This document shows, piece by piece, positions 35,205-43,978 of a DNA stretch of 53,814 nucleotides. The first letter of the stretch is position 1; every line of letters starts with the position of its first letter. A program made the translations under genes and the position numbers. Source of the DNA: Oscillospiraceae bacterium. GTDB lineage: Bacteria > Bacillota > Clostridia > Oscillospirales > UBA929. The notes beneath the pieces were generated by a model. That model was not told the DNA's origin. It worked only from the letters and a program-made list of their open reading frames with translations, and searched no databases. Location of the stretch: the NCBI GenBank assembly GCA_031550755.1, contig JAVBOJ010000010.1, forward strand, positions 1 to 53,814, read 5' to 3'.

Positions 35205-35234
35205 TTGACAAAATTCGGGGTGGACGGGTAAAAT
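35205..35234 (+). promoter_or_regulatory. Candidate promoter inside the pyrE-rsmA intergenic region
   Basis: TTGACA (35205-35210), 18-bp spacer, TAAAAT (35229-35234). It lies ~310 nt upstream of rsmA. Confidence 0.4.
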
Positions 35235-35420
35235 AGAAGAAGCGTCTCGCCGGCCCGAGTCGCAAAATAAGGCAAGCGGAGACGCAAAGCTTGCTTTGCG
35301 CGGAGCGCGGACTTATTTTGTGACAAAGCGCAGGTCTTTCCCGCAGGGAAAGCCGAAGCGGCAGGGCCGAGCGAGCGTGACATAGACGCAGTCCGCCGCG
35401 TCCCCGCATCCAATCCCCCA

Positions 35421-35494
35421 GTCGGCTCCGCCGACAGCCCCTTTGAAAAAGGGGTCTTGGGGGACGGCGGGCGAACGCAGTTCGCCCCTACACC
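35421..35494. repeat. Hairpin-unit cluster: GTCGGC-tcc-GCCGAC, CCCCTTT-gaa-AAAGGGG, GGGCGAACGCAGTTCGCCCCTAC
   Basis: Read directly from the sequence. The first two units recur inverted at 43555-43590 and the third recurs at 45722-45747. Confidence 0.85.
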
Positions 35495-35544
35495 AATGGC
35501 CGCCCCTGCAAACGGTTTATTTTTCACAACCCGAGGTATACGCC

Positions 35545-36399
35545 ATGGAGCTCTCCGCGCTGTGCGACCCGACGTCCATGAGGGACTTGCTCTCCCGGCA
35601 TGAGATCCGTCTGTCCCACGCGCTGGGGCAGAATTTTTTGCGTGAGGAGCACATCGTCCGCGCCATCGTGCGCGGCGCCGGGGTGGACGAGTCGGTCGGC
35701 GTGCTGGAGATCGGCCCGGGCGCCGGCGTGCTGACCCGCGCGCTGGCCGAAACGGCCGGCCGTGTGGTTTCGTTGGAGCTGGACGCGCGGTTGCTGCCGG
35801 TGCTGGCCGAGACGGTCGGAGACTGTCCGCAGGTCACTGTTTTGCACACCGACGCGCTGAAGGCCGATTTTGACGCGCTGATGGACACCTATTTCCAGGG
35901 TTTGACGCCGATTGTCTGCGCCAACCTGCCCTATCAGATCACCACGCCGATCCTCACCAAGCTGCTCTCCCGCAACCGCTTTGCCCGGATCACCGTCATG
36001 GTGCAGCGGGAGGTCGCCCGGCGCATCTGCGCCGCGCCGGACACGCCGGATTATGGCGCGTTTTCAATCTTCTGTCAGGCGCACGCCGCGCCGCGCATTT
36101 TGTTTGACGTGCCGCCGCACTGTTTTGTCCCGCCGCCCAAGGTGACCTCGTCGGTCGTGCGGCTGGATGCCGCCCCGGCCGAGCTGCCCGACAGGGAGTT
36201 TTTCTTCCGGGTGACCCGCGCGGCCTTCGGCCAGCGGCGCAAGACCCTGCTCAACGCCTTGGGGGCGCTGGGGCTGCCGCGCGAAACGGTGGCCGAGGCG
36301 CTCGCCCGGGCCGGCATCGCGCCCTCGGCGCGCGGAGAAACGCTGGGCATTCCGGAATTTGCTCGCCTGACTGCGGCGCTCAAAACCCCCGTAAAATAG
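35545..36399 (+). CDS. rsmA: 16S rRNA (adenine1518/1519-N6)-dimethyltransferase RsmA/KsgA
   Basis: It contains LGQNFL, the SAM motif VLEIGPGAGVLT and ANLPYQITTPIL. Confidence 0.9.
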   Translation: MELSALCDPTSMRDLLSRHEIRLSHALGQNFLREEHIVRAIVRGAGVDESVGVLEIGPGAGVLTRALAETAGRVVSLELDARLLPVLAETVGDCPQVTVLHTDALKADFDALMDTYFQGLTPIVCANLPYQITTPILTKLLSRNRFARITVMVQREVARRICAAPDTPDYGAFSIFCQAHAAPRILFDVPPHCFVPPPKVTSSVVRLDAAPAELPDREFFFRVTRAAFGQRRKTLLNALGALGLPRETVAEALARAGIAPSARGETLGIPEFARLTAALKTPVK

Positions 36400-36499
36400 A
36401 ATTATCGCGCAGGCGCATTCCTTGCGCCAAAAAATATCCTTACGCCATTTTCCCGCAAGCGCCTCAGCCGCTTGCAGGATCTAAAAAGGAGAATGCAAG

Positions 36500-37690
36500 G
36501 TGGATACGACACATCTCGACGACCAGAGCTACGCCATGCCCTACGGCCAGTTGGGCGTTTTGGGCATGCGCGGCTGCGAGGATCTCATCGGCAGGATTGA
36601 CGGCTACCTCACCCGCTGGCGTTCCGAAACGCACAGCGCCGAACAAATGTCGCTGGACGACTCCTCCCTTGCCTCCCAAGGCGGGCAGTATCAGATCCAG
36701 GCCTCCTGTCCGCGCTTCAACACCGGCGAGGCCAAGGCGCTGATGCTGCAATCGGTGCGCGGCTATGACCTGTATATTCTGTGTGATGTGTTCAATTACG
36801 GCGTCGATTTCCAGATGTACGGCATGACGGTGCCCATGAGTCCGGACGACCATTATCAGGATCTCAAACGGATCATCGCCGCCGCCGGCGGCAAGGCCCG
36901 CCGCATCACGGTCATCATGCCGATGCTCTATGAGGGCCGGCAGCACAAGCGCTTCGCCCGCGAATCTCTGGACTGCGCCATGGCGCTGCAAGAACTGACC
37001 AATATGGGCGTGGAGAACATCATCACCTTTGACGCGCATGACTCGCGGGTGCAAAACGCCGTGCCGCTCAAGGGGTTTGAGAACGTGCGCCCCACCTACC
37101 AGATGGTCAAGGCGCTGGTCAAAAGGGTGCCGGACATCCAGATTGACCGGGAGCATCTGATGGTCGTGTCTCCCGACGAGGGCGGCATGGCGCGCTGTAT
37201 TTTTTACTCCACCGTGCTCGGCATCGACCTCGGCATGTTTTACAAGCGCCGCGATTACACCAAGATGGAGCGCGGGCGCAATCCCATTGTGGCGCATGAG
37301 TTTCTGGGCGACAATGTCGCCGGCAAGGACATCATTGTCGTGGATGATATGATTTCCTCCGGCGAGTCGATGCTGTCGGTGGCGCAGGATCTGAAAAACC
37401 TCGGCGCGCGGCGCATTTTTGTATTCGCCACCTTCGGCCTGTTTTGCGAGGGTCTGGACAAATTCCATGAGGCGCACGCCGCCGGGCTGATCGAGAAGGT
37501 GTTTTGCACCAATCTGGTCTACCGTCCCGAGGCGCTGAAAAACAGCCCGTGGTTCTGCGAGGTGGATATGTCCAAGTACATATCCTATATCATCAACACC
37601 CTCAACTATGACCGGTCGATCAGCGACCTGCTCGACCCCACCCGGCGGATTGAGGCGCTGTTGCAGCGGCGGCGCGAACAGGGGTTATAA
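36500..37690 (+). CDS. Ribose-phosphate pyrophosphokinase family protein (long form), GTG start
   Basis: It contains MPMLYEGRQHKR, FDAHDSRVQN and the PRPP loop IIVVDDMISSGESM. Confidence 0.7.
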   Translation: MDTTHLDDQSYAMPYGQLGVLGMRGCEDLIGRIDGYLTRWRSETHSAEQMSLDDSSLASQGGQYQIQASCPRFNTGEAKALMLQSVRGYDLYILCDVFNYGVDFQMYGMTVPMSPDDHYQDLKRIIAAAGGKARRITVIMPMLYEGRQHKRFARESLDCAMALQELTNMGVENIITFDAHDSRVQNAVPLKGFENVRPTYQMVKALVKRVPDIQIDREHLMVVSPDEGGMARCIFYSTVLGIDLGMFYKRRDYTKMERGRNPIVAHEFLGDNVAGKDIIVVDDMISSGESMLSVAQDLKNLGARRIFVFATFGLFCEGLDKFHEAHAAGLIEKVFCTNLVYRPEALKNSPWFCEVDMSKYISYIINTLNYDRSISDLLDPTRRIEALLQRRREQGL

Positions 37691-37698
37691 AATGTGAC

Positions 37699-37729
37699 GG
37701 GGCGGCCGCAAGGCCGCCTCTGGTTTTTT
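37699..37729 (+). terminator. Intrinsic terminator
   Basis: GGCGGCC-gcaa-GGCCGCC is followed by TTTTTT. Confidence 0.75.
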
Positions 37730-37749
37730 GTTGACGGGGTTGTACACGC

Positions 37750-37775
37750 GGGCGACCGGGGACGGTCGCCCCTAC
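37750..37775. repeat. GGGCGACCGGGGACGGTCGCCCCTAC hairpin unit
   Basis: It is identical to 33781-33806. Confidence 0.9.
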
Positions 37776-37850
37776 TTCTCACTCTTGCCATTTCTTCCGC
37801 ATGGTGATATACTATACCATCGGTAAAAATACGAAACCGGGGGTCGTTGC

Positions 37851-39698
37851 ATGAACCGTCCGAAATATTATCTTACCACCTCCATCACTTACGCGTCGCG
37901 CGTGCCGCATATCGGCAACACATACGAGGCGGTGCTGACTGACTGCCTGGCGCGCCACAAACGCGCGCAGGGATTTGACGTCTATTACCTCACCGGCACC
38001 GATGAGCATGGGCAGAAAATCGAGGAGCAGGCCAAGAAGGACGGCCTGACCCCGCAGGCGCATGTGGACAAAATCGCCGGCGAGCTACGCCGCATTTGGG
38101 ATTTTATGGACGTCAGCTATGACGGCTTTATCCGCACGACCGACCCCGCCCATGAAAAAATCGTGCAAAAGATTTTCAAGAAGCTCTACGAGCAGGGAGA
38201 TATTTACAAATCTGCCTACGAGGGGCTGTATTGCGTCGCCTGCGAGGCGTTTTACACCGAGACACAGGCCGAGGGCCATCGCTGCCCCGACTGCGGCGCG
38301 GAGGTTTCTCCCGCCCGCGAGGAAGCCTACTTTCTCAAGCTGTCGCGCTATGCCGACCGGCTGATGCGTCATATCGAGGCGCACCCGGACTTTATCCTGC
38401 CCGAATCCCGCCGCAACGAGATGATCAACAATTTCCTCAAGCCCGGCTTGCAGGATCTTTGCGTCTCGCGCACCAGCTTTTCGTGGGGCGTGCCGGTGGA
38501 TTTTGACCCCGGCCATGTCGTCTATGTCTGGATTGACGCGCTGTCCAATTATATCACGGCGCTGGGCTATGACCCCGACGGGGTCAGCGGCCCGCTCTAC
38601 CAAAAATACTGGCCGGCCGATGTGCATGTCATCGGCAAGGACATTGTGCGGTTTCACGCCATTTATTGGCCGATCATCCTGATGGCGCTGGACATTCCGC
38701 TGCCGACGACGATTTTGGGGCATCCGTGGCTGCTCTCCGGCGACGACAAAATGTCCAAATCCAAGGGCAACGTCGTCTATGCGCGTGACCTTGTGGACGA
38801 GTTCGGCGTGGACGCCGTGCGGTACTACCTGCTGCGCGAGATGCCCTACAATGCAGACGGCACCCTGACCCGCGACCAGTTTGTCGCGCGGGTCAACTCC
38901 GATCTGGCCAACGATCTGGGCAATCTGCTTTCCCGCACGACCGCCATGTGCGAAAAATATTTCGCCGGGGCTCTGTCCGACGCGGTCGAAGCCGCGCCGC
39001 TGGACGCCGAGGTGCTGGCGCTGATCGAACAGACAGAGGCCCGCTATCACGCCGCGCTCGACGCCTTCCAAACGGCGAACGCGCTGGCCGAGGCGTGGAA
39101 GCTGGTCGCGCGCGCCAACAAATACATCGACGAGACCATGCCGTGGGCGCTGGCCAAGGACGAGGCCAACAGGCCCCGGCTGGCGGCGGTGCTGAAAACC
39201 CTTGTGACCGTGCTGCGGGCGCTGGTGCCGCTCATCGAGCCGGCCATGCCGCGCGCCGCCTCCAAGATGCGGGCGCAAATCGAGGGCGAGGTCATTCTCA
39301 AGGGCGAAAATCTCTTCCCGCGCATCGAGGCCGAGGCAAAAGCCGCGCCTGTGGTCGAAAAAACCCCGGCTATCCCGGAAATTACCATCGACGACTTCGC
39401 CAGGCTCGACCTGCGGGTGGCCCGTGTGCTCTCCTGCGAGCCGGTGGCGGGTTCGGACAAACTGCTCTGCCTCCAGGTGGACGCCGGCGAGCCGCGCCAA
39501 GTTGTCTCGGGCATCGCGCGGTTTTACAAGCCGGAGGCGCTGGTGGGCCGGTCGGTCATTTTGGTCAAAAACCTCAAGTCGGTCAAGCTGCGCGGCGTCA
39601 TGAGCCAAGGGATGATCCTCTGCGCCGAGAACAATGACGACGAGGTGTCCGTTTTGTTTGCCCCCGAGGGCATGAAGCCGGGCGCGAAGGTGCGGTGA
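37851..39698 (+). CDS. metG: Methionine--tRNA ligase with C-terminal tRNA-binding domain
   Basis: It contains ASRVPHIGNTYE (HIGH-type), the Zn knuckle CPDCG, KMSKSKGN and a C-terminal OB-fold tail. Confidence 0.93.
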   Translation: MNRPKYYLTTSITYASRVPHIGNTYEAVLTDCLARHKRAQGFDVYYLTGTDEHGQKIEEQAKKDGLTPQAHVDKIAGELRRIWDFMDVSYDGFIRTTDPAHEKIVQKIFKKLYEQGDIYKSAYEGLYCVACEAFYTETQAEGHRCPDCGAEVSPAREEAYFLKLSRYADRLMRHIEAHPDFILPESRRNEMINNFLKPGLQDLCVSRTSFSWGVPVDFDPGHVVYVWIDALSNYITALGYDPDGVSGPLYQKYWPADVHVIGKDIVRFHAIYWPIILMALDIPLPTTILGHPWLLSGDDKMSKSKGNVVYARDLVDEFGVDAVRYYLLREMPYNADGTLTRDQFVARVNSDLANDLGNLLSRTTAMCEKYFAGALSDAVEAAPLDAEVLALIEQTEARYHAALDAFQTANALAEAWKLVARANKYIDETMPWALAKDEANRPRLAAVLKTLVTVLRALVPLIEPAMPRAASKMRAQIEGEVILKGENLFPRIEAEAKAAPVVEKTPAIPEITIDDFARLDLRVARVLSCEPVAGSDKLLCLQVDAGEPRQVVSGIARFYKPEALVGRSVILVKNLKSVKLRGVMSQGMILCAENNDDEVSVLFAPEGMKPGAKVR

Positions 39699-39701
39699 GA
39701 A

Positions 39702-41612
39702 ATGGTATACAATTCCAGAGATTCTTTTTATAAGACCCCCTTCGGCGCGGTGGAAGCCGGGACCGAGGTGCGTTTCGCCATCACGCCGCCGCGCGATTGG
39801 GCGGTTTCGGCCGTGTTTTTGCACGTCGAATTTGAGTTTGACCGCGAAACGGTCGAGATTCCCATGGGCTGGGCCGGCTTGTCCGGCGCACGCGACCTGT
39901 ATCGCGCCGTGCTGCCCACGGGGGATCGGCTGGGGCCGGCTTGGTATTATTTCCGGCTGGAAAGCCCCGGCAGACCGTCGTTTTACTACGGCAACAACGA
40001 CCGGGGCTCCGGCGGCGAGGGAGCGCGGCGGGACGAGCCTGGCCGCGCTTTTCAGCTTACCGTCTACGCCAAAAACGACACGCCGGCGTGGTACGGCGCG
40101 GGTGTGACCTACCATATTTTCCCTGACCGCTTCCGCCGCACCAAGACGCCCAACCCCAAGGGGATGATTGGAAACCGGATCGTCCACAAAAACTGGGAGG
40201 ATGTGCCGGTGTTCCTGCCGGAGGAGAACGGCGAGATCACAAACCGGGACTTTTTCGGCGGATCCATTGCGGGCGTGAGGGAGAAGTTGTTGTATCTCAA
40301 CTCTCTGGGTGTCAATACGATTTATTTTAGCCCGGTGTTTGAGGCCGCCTCCAATCATCGGTACGACACCGCCGACTACCACAAAATCGACCCTATGTTC
40401 GGCACCGAGGAGGAATTCCGCGCCCTGTGCGCCCAAGCGGCGTCGCTGGGGATACGGGTGATTCTGGACGGCGTTTTTTCCCACACAGGATATGATTCCC
40501 GGTATTTCAACGCGCGCGGAAGCTACGACAGCGTCGGCGCGCACCAGTCGCAGGTCTCGCCCTATTTTTCGTGGTACGATTTCCGCGAATGGCCCTTCCA
40601 ATACTCGTCCTGGTGGGGGATTTACACCCTGCCGCAGGTGAATGAAAGCTGTCCGGCCTACATAGACTTTGTGGTAGGCGGACGAGACAGCGTCATCCGT
40701 CATTGGCTGCGCGCCGGGGCTTCCGGCTGGCGGCTGGATGTGGCCGACGAGCTGCCGGACGACTTTATCGTCCGTCTGCGCGAGACACTGCGGGAGGAAA
40801 ACCCCGACGCCGTCCTGATCGGCGAGGTGTGGGAGGACGCGTCCAACAAAATCTCCTACGACGTCCGCCGGCGCTATTTTCTGGGACGTGAGCTGCACGG
40901 CGTGATGAATTATCCGCTGCGCAACGCCCTGCTTTCCTATCTGCTGGGCGGCTTTGCCGAGGATTTCCGCGACGCGATGGAGTCCCTGCGCGAAAATTAT
41001 CCGCGCGACGCCTATATCAGCCTGATGAACAGCCTCGGCACCCATGACACCCCGCGGGTGCTGACCGTGCTGGGCGCACAGGGGCATGAATACAATCTGC
41101 CGCGCGAGGAAAAGGCGGTTTTCCAGCTCTCGCCCGAGCGATACCGGCTGGCCGCCGCCCGGCTCAAGCTGGGTGCGCTGATTTTGTTCTGTTTTCCGGG
41201 CTCGCCCTGCGTCTATTACGGCGACGAGGCCGGCTTGCAGGGCTTTGAGGATCCGTTCAACCGACGGGGCTATCCGTGGGGGCATGAGGATCACGACCTG
41301 CTGGCGTGGTACACCCTGCTGGGGCAGGCGCGCAACGAGCACCGCTGCTTGCAGGCCGGGGAGATTCAATATTTATACGCGCAGGGACCGCTGTTGGTCT
41401 TTGCCCGCGAGACGGAGGAGGAAACCGCGCTCATCGTGGCCAACCGGGGCGACGCGCCCCATGAGGCGACGTTTTCGTGGAGCGGCGGGATTATCTCCGA
41501 TCTGTTCGGGCGCAGGCTGTCGCCGGTGGGCGGCAAGCTGACGTTGACCATCCCGGCGCTGTCGGGCAATGTCTATTTTACCGCGAGGAAGCTACCCCGC
41601 AAGCGCAGGTAG
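39702..41612 (+). CDS. Glycoside hydrolase family 13 alpha-amylase-family enzyme (neopullulanase/cyclomaltodextrinase-like)
   Basis: It has the GH13 regions DGVFSHTG, GWRLDVADE, IGEVWED and GTHDTPR. Confidence 0.85.
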   Translation: MVYNSRDSFYKTPFGAVEAGTEVRFAITPPRDWAVSAVFLHVEFEFDRETVEIPMGWAGLSGARDLYRAVLPTGDRLGPAWYYFRLESPGRPSFYYGNNDRGSGGEGARRDEPGRAFQLTVYAKNDTPAWYGAGVTYHIFPDRFRRTKTPNPKGMIGNRIVHKNWEDVPVFLPEENGEITNRDFFGGSIAGVREKLLYLNSLGVNTIYFSPVFEAASNHRYDTADYHKIDPMFGTEEEFRALCAQAASLGIRVILDGVFSHTGYDSRYFNARGSYDSVGAHQSQVSPYFSWYDFREWPFQYSSWWGIYTLPQVNESCPAYIDFVVGGRDSVIRHWLRAGASGWRLDVADELPDDFIVRLRETLREENPDAVLIGEVWEDASNKISYDVRRRYFLGRELHGVMNYPLRNALLSYLLGGFAEDFRDAMESLRENYPRDAYISLMNSLGTHDTPRVLTVLGAQGHEYNLPREEKAVFQLSPERYRLAAARLKLGALILFCFPGSPCVYYGDEAGLQGFEDPFNRRGYPWGHEDHDLLAWYTLLGQARNEHRCLQAGEIQYLYAQGPLLVFARETEEETALIVANRGDAPHEATFSWSGGIISDLFGRRLSPVGGKLTLTIPALSGNVYFTARKLPRKRR

Positions 41613-41642
41613 GAACTTGTACTCACAGAGGAGGCTCTTTTT

Positions 41643-42500
41643 ATGGCCGGGAAAAATCCGGGTCTGGGCCGGGGACTGGGCGCCCTGCTGGGCGATGAGG
41701 CGCTGCGCGCGCCCGAGGGCGGCAGCGTATCGCTGCGCATCGCCGAGGTGGAGCCCAATCCCGACCAGCCCCGCAAACAATTTGACGAGCAGTCCCTGAA
41801 CGATTTGGCCGAGAGCATCCGCCGGCACGGCGTCTTGCAGCCGGTGGCGGTGCGGCGGCTTTCGTCCGGGTTTTATCAGATCATCGCGGGGGAACGCCGT
41901 TGGCGTGCCGCCCGTTTGGCGGGACTGGCCGAGATCCCCGCCATTGTCTTCGAGGCCGACGACCGCCGCGCCGCCGAGCTGGCGCTGATCGAAAACCTGC
42001 AACGGGAGGACCTAAACCCCATCGAGGAGGCCGAGGGACTCCAGTCCCTCATCGAGGAATACGGCCTGACCCAGGAGGAGGCCGCCCTGCGGGTGGGGCG
42101 CTCGCGCCCGGCCGTGGCCAATGCCATGCGGCTGCTGTCGCTGTGCCCGCCGGTGCGGGAGATGGTGCTGACCGGGGCGCTCTCGGCCGGACACGCCCGG
42201 GCGCTGCTGAGCCTGCCGGCGCAAAAGCAGGAACAGGCCGCGCGCAAAACAGTCGCCGAGGGCTTTTCGGTGCGGCAGGTGGAGGCGCTGGCGCAACGGC
42301 TTTTGTCCGAGGAAAAACCGGCCAAAAAGCAGGAACCCAATTACTTAGAGGAGCACGAAAAGCGCCTGTCCCAAGGGTTGGGCCGGCGCGTGCGCATTGT
42401 GCCGGGACGGCAAAAGGGCCGGGTCGAGCTGGAGTTTTACGGCAACGACGACCTCGACCGCCTGATGTCCCTGCTGGACACGCTCAATACGGAGGAGTAA
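41643..42500 (+). CDS. parB: ParB/Spo0J family partition protein
   Basis: It contains GLGRGLGALLG, the ParB box IIAGERRWRAA and LIENLQREDLNPIEEA. Confidence 0.9.
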   Translation: MAGKNPGLGRGLGALLGDEALRAPEGGSVSLRIAEVEPNPDQPRKQFDEQSLNDLAESIRRHGVLQPVAVRRLSSGFYQIIAGERRWRAARLAGLAEIPAIVFEADDRRAAELALIENLQREDLNPIEEAEGLQSLIEEYGLTQEEAALRVGRSRPAVANAMRLLSLCPPVREMVLTGALSAGHARALLSLPAQKQEQAARKTVAEGFSVRQVEALAQRLLSEEKPAKKQEPNYLEEHEKRLSQGLGRRVRIVPGRQKGRVELEFYGNDDLDRLMSLLDTLNTEE

Positions 42501-42504
42501 GGCC

Positions 42505-43119
42505 ATGGAACCGGAGACAAAAATTGTTCCGATCAAGCCGGACACGCCGAAAAAAAACGCCAAGTCGGTCCCGCCCAGCCCCGGGTTTCTGTTTAAATAT
42601 GTGATCGGCCTGCTGTTTGTGGCGCTGGTGCTGGTGTTTTTGTCATACATGGCGCACATGCAGCGCCAGAGCGAGGAGGATTGGGCCGAGGCGCAGAAGC
42701 AGCAGACGCAGTTTTCGGTGTCGGCCTTGCAGAGCATCGAAAAATTGCAACAGGAAAACGCGACGCTGACCCAAAATGCCGAGCAGGACGCCCTGACGAT
42801 GTCCGGGCTCCGGGCGGAAATCGACGCCATGCGGGCGGCCCGCGCGGCGCTGAAGGCCGAGCTGGCGCGCACCGAGGAGGACGCCAAGGCGCAGTTGGCG
42901 GAGCAGGCGGCGCAAGCCGCCGAAAGCGAGGCGGCGCTGAACGCCTTCTGGCAGCTCGAGCGGCTGATGGCGTTGCACAAATATACCGCCGCGCGCGCCT
43001 TTGTGGCCGACATGGAGGCGGCGGGCTATCCGGCGCTGCTGCCCGACACGGCGTCCGACGTGCTGGACACCACGCCGCGTGAGGAATGGGACCGCATCAA
43101 GGACACGCTGGGCGTATGA
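42505..43119 (+). CDS. Hypothetical membrane-anchored coiled-coil protein
   Basis: An N-terminal TM segment (FLFKYVIGLLFVALVLVFLSY) is followed by a long Ala/Glu/Gln-rich helical stretch. Confidence 0.55.
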   Translation: MEPETKIVPIKPDTPKKNAKSVPPSPGFLFKYVIGLLFVALVLVFLSYMAHMQRQSEEDWAEAQKQQTQFSVSALQSIEKLQQENATLTQNAEQDALTMSGLRAEIDAMRAARAALKAELARTEEDAKAQLAEQAAQAAESEAALNAFWQLERLMALHKYTAARAFVADMEAAGYPALLPDTASDVLDTTPREEWDRIKDTLGV

Positions 43120-43541
43120 GAGCGGATATTTCCATCAACACCCTGACGGCCAAGGATTTCGAGGTTTTGCGCGCCCAGAGCGGGATGCCGCCGCTCGACC
43201 CGGCGCAGATTGATATGTCGGTCAAGCGGTCTCTGTTTACCCTGCGTGCCGCCCTGGACGACACCCTGTGCGGCATGGCGCGGGTGGTGGGCGACGGCGC
43301 GTTTGTCTTTCTGCTGTGCGACCTGCTGGTGACCCCGGCCTACCGCCGCCAAGGCTTGGGCCGGGCGCTCGTGCGCGTGGCGGAGCGTCAGGTGGAAACC
43401 ATGCTGCCGCCCGGTCTGTGGGCTCCGCTGTCGCTGTTTTCCGCCCCCGGCAAGGAGATTTTTTATCGGAAGCTCGGATTTTCCACGCTGCCGCACAACC
43501 GCGCCGGCGCGGGGATGCAAATATATTTGCAGGGAAAGTAG
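43116..43541 (+). CDS. GNAT family N-acetyltransferase
   Basis: It contains LLVTPAYRRQGLGRALV (acetyl-CoA motif A). Its start forms an ATGA overlap with the upstream gene. Confidence 0.75.
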   Translation: MRADISINTLTAKDFEVLRAQSGMPPLDPAQIDMSVKRSLFTLRAALDDTLCGMARVVGDGAFVFLLCDLLVTPAYRRQGLGRALVRVAERQVETMLPPGLWAPLSLFSAPGKEIFYRKLGFSTLPHNRAGAGMQIYLQGK

Positions 43542-43554
43542 GGGCGGCCCCAAG

Positions 43555-43590
43555 GCCCCTTTTTCAAAGGGGCTGTCGGCGAAGCCGACG
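43555..43590. repeat. Two-hairpin unit CCCCTTT-tttc-AAAGGGG / GTCGGC-gaa-GCCGAC (inverted copy of 35421-35454)
   Basis: Read directly from the sequence. Confidence 0.85.
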
Positions 43591-43618
43591 GGGAATTCCC
43601 CACGAGGAGGATGAAAAG

Positions 43619-43975
43619 ATGAAAATACAAACCGAACTCGGCTCGATTGACATCTCGGTGGACGTGTTCACGTCCATCAGCGGATGGGTAGCCACCAATT
43701 GCTTCGGCGTCAAGGGGATGGTCGCCCGGTCGGTATCCGACGGATTTGTCTATCTGCTCAAACGCGAGAGCGTCGCCAAGGGCGTCAAGGTGACCTTTCA
43801 TGACGACGGCGAGCTGTGCGTTTCGCTGCATATTGCCGTGGAGCACGGGGTCAATATTCCGGCGGTATGCGACTCCATCCGCGCCGAGGTGCGCTATCAT
43901 GTGGAAAAACTGACCGGTGTCGCCGTTTCCGAGGTGGATGTCTGGGTGGATTCCATGCTGGCAGGGAGCAATTAA
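43619..43975 (+). CDS. Asp23/Gls24 family envelope stress protein
   Basis: MKIQTELGSIDISVDVFTSISGWVATNCFGVKGM is the typical N-terminus. A GAGGAGG RBS is present. Confidence 0.85.
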   Translation: MKIQTELGSIDISVDVFTSISGWVATNCFGVKGMVARSVSDGFVYLLKRESVAKGVKVTFHDDGELCVSLHIAVEHGVNIPAVCDSIRAEVRYHVEKLTGVAVSEVDVWVDSMLAGSN

Positions 43976-43978
43976 AGA

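Noticed and set aside
38085-41369. A 1094-aa ORF on the minus strand spanning antisense to metG and the GH13 gene.
   Set aside because: The product is low-complexity and rich in Arg, Gly, Pro, His and Gln. It lies exactly antisense to two genes with unmistakable motifs and crosses their intergenic junction. It is a typical stop-poor antisense frame of high-GC DNA.
10697-42500. An origin-of-replication neighbourhood, because mnmE and parB are present.
   Set aside because: I found no mnmG/rsmG/parA/dnaA next to them, no DnaA-box clusters (TTATCCACA) and no parS consensus (TGTTNCACGTGAAACA) when reading the intergenic regions.
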